From Nitrospirota bacterium (GTDB lineage Bacteria > Nitrospirota > Nitrospiria > Nitrospirales > NS-4), in contig VBOK01000081.1 in NCBI GenBank assembly GCA_005877565.1, positions 9,366 to 52,045 of the forward strand: DNA of 42,680 nt. Reading direction: 5' to 3'. The translations under genes were made by a program, and so were the position numbers. Within the stretch, counting starts at the first letter, position 1, and each line of letters starts with the position of its first letter. The notes beneath the pieces are model-generated. The model searched no databases, was not told the DNA's origin, and saw only the letters and a program-made list of their open reading frames with translations. Shown here one piece after another: positions 37,862 to 42,680 of this stretch.

Positions 37862-39494
37862 AGTCTCCCTTGAATGCGCCTTTAAATGCGCCTTGGCGCC
37901 ACGAGCGGGCCGCCACGAGCAGCGTCAGTATAGCACAGCCCACCGTGAAGAGGTCCCCGTACGCCGTGTAGATGGTGCGCGTGCCGCCGATCCGGACCTC
38001 GCCGCTCAGCGCGCTCTCGACGAAGAGATCCGTGGTGCGCAGGATGTGCCCCTCGGCATCGATGAAGCCCGAGATGCCGGTGTTGGCGGCGCGGGCGAAC
38101 GGCACCCGGTTCTCGACGGCGCGGAACACGACCATGGCGAAGTGTTGGTACGGCGCGCTGGTGCGCCCGAACCAGGCGTCGTTGGTGATCGTCACCATGT
38201 AGTCCGCGCCCTGGTCCACGAACTGGCGCACGAGGTCCGGGAAGATGACCTCGAAACAGATCACCAGGCCCAGATGGCCGCTGGGCCCGCTCATTACGCG
38301 GGGACCCGACCCCGGCACGAAGTCCCCGAGACCCACGACCAGCTTGTTCAGGAAGAAGAGAATCGGCTTGAGCGGGACGTACTCCCCGAACGGCACCAGG
38401 TGGACCTTGTCGTACCGGTCCAGCACCATGCCGGTGCCGCTGACCAGATACGCGCTGTTGAGCAGGCGCTGACCGCCGTCGGTTCGGCTGTCCATGGCCG
38501 GGGAGCCGAAGAGCAGCGGGACACCGCGCTCCCGCACGAACCGCAGCATCTCTTCACGGTAGTCGGTCTCCGCGTCGAAGAAGAATGGGGTCGCCGCCTC
38601 CGGCCAGACCACCAGATCGACTTCCTGCACGACCTGGGCCGTCAATTTCTTGTAGCGGTCGATTGTCTGCCGGCGCAAGGCGACGTCCCACTTCTGCGCC
38701 TGGTCGACGTTGGGCTGGACGAGGCCGATGTGAAGAGAGTGCTCGTTTGCCGGGTTGTTGCGCGGGTCCAGGCGCCAGTACCCGTAGTCCACGACGAAGG
38801 CGAAGAGCGCAGCGGCCACCACGACGGTCACCCAGGGAACGGGGACCGGCTGGGCGCCGCGCCATACCCTCGATCCGAGCACCTCGGCGAGCCGGGCCAC
38901 CAGCGCGTTCACGAGCACGAGGAGGAACGAGATGCCGTAGACGCCGGTCACGTCCGCGATCTGAATGACCGACAGGGCGTGGTACTGGCTATAGCCGAGC
39001 AGCGCCCAGGGGAAGCCGGAGAAGAGGTGGCCGCGCAGCCATTCCAGCGTGACCCACAAGGCCGCGGCGGTCCAGGGCCGGAGCAAGCCGCGGGCGTCCG
39101 TGAGCGCGACCAGGATGGCGGCGAACAGCGCGACGAACAGGGCGCAGTACCCGGCCAGGAGCAGCATGATGAGGAAGCTGACAGGGAGGGGGATCTGCCC
39201 GTACTGGTGCATGGCGTTGATCACCCACGACAGGGTCCCGACGAAGAACACGAGGCCCGCCAGCCAGCCCTGTCCGAATGCCGTCTTCCAGGGCTTCTCC
39301 CGGATGGCAATCAGGAGGGGGACCAGGGCGATCCAGGCCAGGAAGTCCAGGTCGTACGTCGGAAAGCTCAGAACGAGCAGCGTTCCGGACACGACAGGAA
39401 GGAGCAGTAGGTGTATGAACCGATGCACCATGCGGGTCGGTGTACCATAGCCCATTCCGGGGCGGCGAAACAACTGGGTGGGCCCCCAAAACAA
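37812..39494 (-). CDS. lnt: apolipoprotein N-acyltransferase
   Basis: N-terminal TM bundle and a CN-hydrolase domain with WPE, LLNSAYL and GLVICFEVIFP (catalytic Cys). The track start 39494 is TTG. ATG 39455 or ATG 39431 (MVHRFIHLLLLP) are more likely. The 3' end overlaps prfB by 50 nt. Confidence 0.85.
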   Translation of the reverse strand: MFWGPTQLFRRPGMGYGTPTRMVHRFIHLLLLPVVSGTLLVLSFPTYDLDFLAWIALVPLLIAIREKPWKTAFGQGWLAGLVFFVGTLSWVINAMHQYGQIPLPVSFLIMLLLAGYCALFVALFAAILVALTDARGLLRPWTAAALWVTLEWLRGHLFSGFPWALLGYSQYHALSVIQIADVTGVYGISFLLVLVNALVARLAEVLGSRVWRGAQPVPVPWVTVVVAAALFAFVVDYGYWRLDPRNNPANEHSLHIGLVQPNVDQAQKWDVALRRQTIDRYKKLTAQVVQEVDLVVWPEAATPFFFDAETDYREEMLRFVRERGVPLLFGSPAMDSRTDGGQRLLNSAYLVSGTGMVLDRYDKVHLVPFGEYVPLKPILFFLNKLVVGLGDFVPGSGPRVMSGPSGHLGLVICFEVIFPDLVRQFVDQGADYMVTITNDAWFGRTSAPYQHFAMVVFRAVENRVPFARAANTGISGFIDAEGHILRTTDLFVESALSGEVRIGGTRTIYTAYGDLFTVGCAILTLLVAARSWRQGAFKGAFKGDYVRRPESPPSEPNYPF

Positions 39495-39508
39495 AAATGA
39501 TTATCTGG

Positions 39509-39537
39509 TTGAGGTGTTTCGCGAACGATGGTAGAAT
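39509..39537 (+). promoter_or_regulatory. sigma70-like promoter TTGAGG-N17-TAGAAT
   Basis: TTGAGG at 39509-39514 and TAGAAT at 39532-39537, about 60 nt upstream of ATG 39598, which has a GAGGAGG SD. Confidence 0.45.
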
Positions 39538-39597
39538 CCCGGCTCGCGAAGAAGACCACTGTAGGTTTGGTAGCGAACTCGGCGAGGAGGCAATGGC

Positions 39598-40563
39598 ATG
39601 GCAGGCGCGCGCGTACTGGTCGCCCCTCGGGCGTTTCTGGATCTCGAGGGTGAGCATCTGACCATCATGAAGCAGGCCGGGTACGAAATCGTCGCAAACC
39701 CCAGGCCCCGGACCCTGACGGAGGACGAAATGGCGGCCTACATCGTCGGCATGGACGCCGTCATCGTCGGGGATGATCCGGTGACGCACCGGGTGCTTGA
39801 TCGGGCGACCACACTCAAAGTCATCTCCAAATTCGGCACCCATGTGGACAATATCGACGTGGACGTGGCCGCCGCGCGGCACATTCCCGTGACCTTCACG
39901 CCGGGCGTCACCCATGCGGCGGTGGCCGAGCTGACGCTCGGCCTCATGTTCGCGCTGCTGCGTGGCATTCCGCAGATGGACCGTGACATCCGCAACGGCA
40001 AGTGGTCGTCCATCGCCGGGGTCGAGCTCATGGGGAAGACCCTGGGCATCGTCGGCATGGGCGGAATCGGCAAGGAGGTCGCCAAGCGGGCGCTGGCCCT
40101 GGGAATGAACGTCCTGGGGTTCGACATGCATCCGGACGTGTCTTTCGCCGAGCATCACGGGATCGAGTATGTGCCGGCCGACGAGCTCCTCAAGAATTCC
40201 GACATTGTGACCCTGCACCTGGGCCTCAATCCTGAGACACGGGGCTGGCTCTCCAAGATGCGGGTCGGACGGATCCGCCCGGGATCGTACCTGATCAATA
40301 CAGGCCGCCCGGAGCTCATCGACGAAGGGGCCGTCCTGGACGCGCTGCGCGGGCAGCGCCTGCACGGGGCGGCTTTCGACCTGCCGAGCGAGGAGAACCT
40401 GTTCACTGTGCCGCTCCTGGCCCAAGAAAACGTACTGGTGTCCTGCCATGCCGGCTCCAACACGGAGGAGTCGGTCCGTCGTCAGGCCGTCATGGCGGCT
40501 GAGAACGTCGTGGCCGTATTGAGCGGCCAGCCGAAGCTCGCGGCTCTCGCCACCGCTAGTTAG
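39598..40563 (+). CDS. D-isomer-specific 2-hydroxyacid dehydrogenase (phosphoglycerate dehydrogenase-like)
   Basis: NAD fold GKTLGIVGMGGIGKEVAKRA, LINTGRPELID, and a catalytic His region SCHAGSNT. Confidence 0.8.
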   Translation: MAGARVLVAPRAFLDLEGEHLTIMKQAGYEIVANPRPRTLTEDEMAAYIVGMDAVIVGDDPVTHRVLDRATTLKVISKFGTHVDNIDVDVAAARHIPVTFTPGVTHAAVAELTLGLMFALLRGIPQMDRDIRNGKWSSIAGVELMGKTLGIVGMGGIGKEVAKRALALGMNVLGFDMHPDVSFAEHHGIEYVPADELLKNSDIVTLHLGLNPETRGWLSKMRVGRIRPGSYLINTGRPELIDEGAVLDALRGQRLHGAAFDLPSEENLFTVPLLAQENVLVSCHAGSNTEESVRRQAVMAAENVVAVLSGQPKLAALATAS

Positions 40564-40567
40564 CAGG

Positions 40568-42589
40568 ATGCCGCGGGACATCCCTCTCGGCAACGGCAAA
40601 CTCCTCATCACCTTCGACCGCTACTATCGAATCCGCGACATCTATTTCCCCCACGTCGGCAAGGAGAACCAGACGGTCGGCCATGCCTGGCGCTTTGGCG
40701 TGTGGGTGGACGGGCAACTCTCCTGGTTGGGGCCCGACTGGCAGATCTCCCTCAAGTACCAGGAGGGGACGATGGTCTCGCAGGTCGAGGCCCATCATCC
40801 CGGCTTGCAGGTCCGGCTCGTCTGCTCGGATGCCGTGGACTTCTATGAGCCGGTCTACGTCCGGAAGATCATCGTGCGGAACCTGGCCGATCGGGAGCGC
40901 GACATCCGCCTGTTCCTCCACCAGGACTTCCATCTCTACGAATCCGACGTCGGCGACACGGCGGCCTACGAGCCCAAGCACAGGACCGTCACCCACTACA
41001 AGATGCGGCGGTATTTCCTGACGAACTACATGGCGAACGGGACGATCGGCGTCCAGAACTTCGCCACCGGCCGCAAGGAGGTGGCAGGAGCGGAAGGAAC
41101 CTGGCGGGATGCCGAGGACGGCCGTCTGGAAGCCGGCCCGATCACGCAAGGCTCGGTGGACTCCACGCTGGGCATCTTCCTCAAGGTGCCGGCGCAGGGG
41201 TCGCAGGAGGCCTGGTACTGGATCGTCGCGGGGGAGGACTGGTTCAACGTCAACAACCTGAACAAGCGGGTTGAGGAGCGACTGCCGGAGTATTATCTCC
41301 AGCGGACGGAGAAGTACTGGCGCTACTGGCTCAACCAGGACTGCATCAACTTCGGCGATCTCTCGCGCAAGGTCATGGACCTCTATTACCGGAGCCTGCT
41401 GGTCATCCGGACCCAGGTGGACGAGAGCGGCGCGATCATTGCGGCGAACGACTCGGACATCACGACCGCGGCGCGGGACACCTATTCGTACCTCTGGCCG
41501 CGGGACGGCGCGCTGGTCGCGCACGCGCTGGACGTCGCGGGCTACCCGCAGCTCACCCGGCGGTTCTTCCGCCTCTCCTCGCAGTTGCTGGCACCGGAGG
41601 GCTATTTCCTCCACAAGTACAACCCGGACGGGACGCTGGCGTCCTCGTGGCTCCCCTGGGTCAAGGACGGCGAGCCCCAACTGCCGATCCAGGAAGACGA
41701 GACGGCGCTCGTGATCTGGGCCCTGTGGCATCACTTCGAGCGCTACCGGGACGTCGAGTTCATCACGCCGCTCTATGCGCCGCTGGTCAAGCGGGCCGCC
41801 AACTGGATGGCCGCCTACCGGGACTCGGTCACCGGCCTGCCGCGTGCCTCGTACGATCTGTGGGAAGAGCGCCACGGGGTGATGGCCTTCACCTGCGCGG
41901 CGGTCTACGCCGGCCTGATGGCCGCGTCGAACTTCACCGAGGGGTTTGGCCAGGCCGGCCTGACCGGCACCTACCGCCGCGCCGCGGCCGAAGTGAAGGC
42001 GGGGATGGACCGCTATTTGTACCGCCAGGAGCTTAACCGCTTCGCCCGCATGGTCACCTTCAAGAAGGACGGGACGCTGGAGAACGTGGATCCGACGATC
42101 GACGCGAGTCTGTACGCGGTCGGCTACTTCGGGATCTACGATCCCGCGGATGAGCGGGTGACGCGGACCATGCAGGCCATCCGCGACCGGCTGTGGTGCA
42201 AGACGTCGGTGGGCGGGATCGCGCGCTACGAGAACGACTACTATCACCAGGTCAGCCAGGACCTCGCCAACGTGCCCGGCAACCCCTGGTTCGTCTGCAC
42301 GCTGTGGGTCGCCCAATGGCTGATCAAGAAGGCGACGACCGTGGACCAGCTCAAGGAGGCGGTGCCGCTGCTGGAGTGGGTGGCCGATCGGGCGCTGGCC
42401 TCCGGCGTCCTGGCCGAGCAGGTCCATCCCCACACGAACGAGCCGCTGTCCGTGTCGCCGCTCACGTGGTCGCACGCCACGTACGTCCAGACCGTCCTGG
42501 ACTATCTGGAGAAGCGCGGATCGCTGGATCTCTGCCCCACCTGCCACAACCCCCTCCGCCCCTTCCGGACACGGAAGATGAACCAGTAG
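40568..42589 (+). CDS. glycoside hydrolase family 15 (glucoamylase/glucodextranase/trehalase-like)
   Basis: N-terminal beta-sandwich plus (alpha/alpha)6 domain with YSYLWPRDGA, DLWEERHG and NPWFVCTLW. Lies 4 nt after the dehydrogenase stop. Confidence 0.8.
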   Translation: MPRDIPLGNGKLLITFDRYYRIRDIYFPHVGKENQTVGHAWRFGVWVDGQLSWLGPDWQISLKYQEGTMVSQVEAHHPGLQVRLVCSDAVDFYEPVYVRKIIVRNLADRERDIRLFLHQDFHLYESDVGDTAAYEPKHRTVTHYKMRRYFLTNYMANGTIGVQNFATGRKEVAGAEGTWRDAEDGRLEAGPITQGSVDSTLGIFLKVPAQGSQEAWYWIVAGEDWFNVNNLNKRVEERLPEYYLQRTEKYWRYWLNQDCINFGDLSRKVMDLYYRSLLVIRTQVDESGAIIAANDSDITTAARDTYSYLWPRDGALVAHALDVAGYPQLTRRFFRLSSQLLAPEGYFLHKYNPDGTLASSWLPWVKDGEPQLPIQEDETALVIWALWHHFERYRDVEFITPLYAPLVKRAANWMAAYRDSVTGLPRASYDLWEERHGVMAFTCAAVYAGLMAASNFTEGFGQAGLTGTYRRAAAEVKAGMDRYLYRQELNRFARMVTFKKDGTLENVDPTIDASLYAVGYFGIYDPADERVTRTMQAIRDRLWCKTSVGGIARYENDYYHQVSQDLANVPGNPWFVCTLWVAQWLIKKATTVDQLKEAVPLLEWVADRALASGVLAEQVHPHTNEPLSVSPLTWSHATYVQTVLDYLEKRGSLDLCPTCHNPLRPFRTRKMNQ

Positions 42590-42590
42590 G

Positions 42591-42614
42591 AGGGGCACGG
42601 CATGCCGTGCCCCT
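42591..42614. repeat. palindrome AGGGGCACGGCATGCCGTGCCCCT (REP/terminator-like), copy 2
   Basis: Starts 2 nt after the GH15 TAG. Arms are identical to the 36837-36864 palindrome, and only the central dinucleotide differs (AT vs GC). Confidence 0.55.
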
Positions 42615-42680
42615 ACATCTTGATGGCCGCAACGGCGGGTGTTAGGATGTGGAAACGGGAGGGGCGCCAGTAGGCTGGGC

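Noticed and set aside
40556-42598. Very long ORFs antisense to recognisable genes. Examples: 40556-42598 (-), 38989-40611 (-), 37758-39410 (+), 27646-28911 (-), 17625-18899 (-), 5445-6497 (-) and 35282-36712 (+).
   Set aside because: They are Arg/Pro/Gly/His-rich low-complexity translations typical of the stop-poor opposite strand in high-GC DNA. In every case the other strand encodes a protein with clear catalytic motifs.

Overview
This is a 42.7-kb high-GC chromosomal segment from a diderm bacterium (lnt, lolCD and lpxD are present). Gene order and protein sequences feel Nitrospirota-like, but that is only a guess. I call about 46 protein-coding genes. Almost all are recognisable housekeeping genes. 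The many long opposite-strand ORFs in the track are high-GC artefacts. Core content, in order: a CHASE2 cyclase-SH3-M48 operon, citrate synthase, aspA, an FprA-like reductase, nadK, clpC, tsaD, hflX, nth, yicC-gmk-rpoZ-coaBC, TPR-aroQ-efp-accB-accC-thiE, an MBL-like-lpxD-PilZ operon, trpFBA, lnt-prfB-lysS-lolC-lolD, a 2-hydroxyacid dehydrogenase and a GH15 enzyme. I found no rRNA, tRNA, CRISPR array, transposase or integrase. Points worth a second look: (1) An AT-richer islet of about 1.7 kb (30.4-32.15 kb) carries a zinc-ribbon + winged-helix two-gene cassette, a 22-bp-stem nested hairpin, and a sigma54-type promoter with upstream direct repeats driving a secreted protein. It is bracketed by a 5'-eroded Crp/Fnr gene and an orphan DGQHR (DndB-like) gene that is appended to the lolD end of the housekeeping string. 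This is the best candidate for an uncharacterised module. (2) prfB has the canonical +1 frameshift site, but about 36 codons including the GGQ motif are also missing and the join is out of frame. (3) Two homologous copies of an inverted-repeat-bounded 130-180-bp element sit directly upstream of nadK and trpF, each with a promoter-like motif at the gene-proximal end. (4) Two near-identical GC-rich palindromes sit at gene ends. (5) A -10 hexamer lies exactly 7 nt before the ATG at three genes, which suggests leaderless mRNAs. All functional calls rest on motif recognition by eye. No database search was run.
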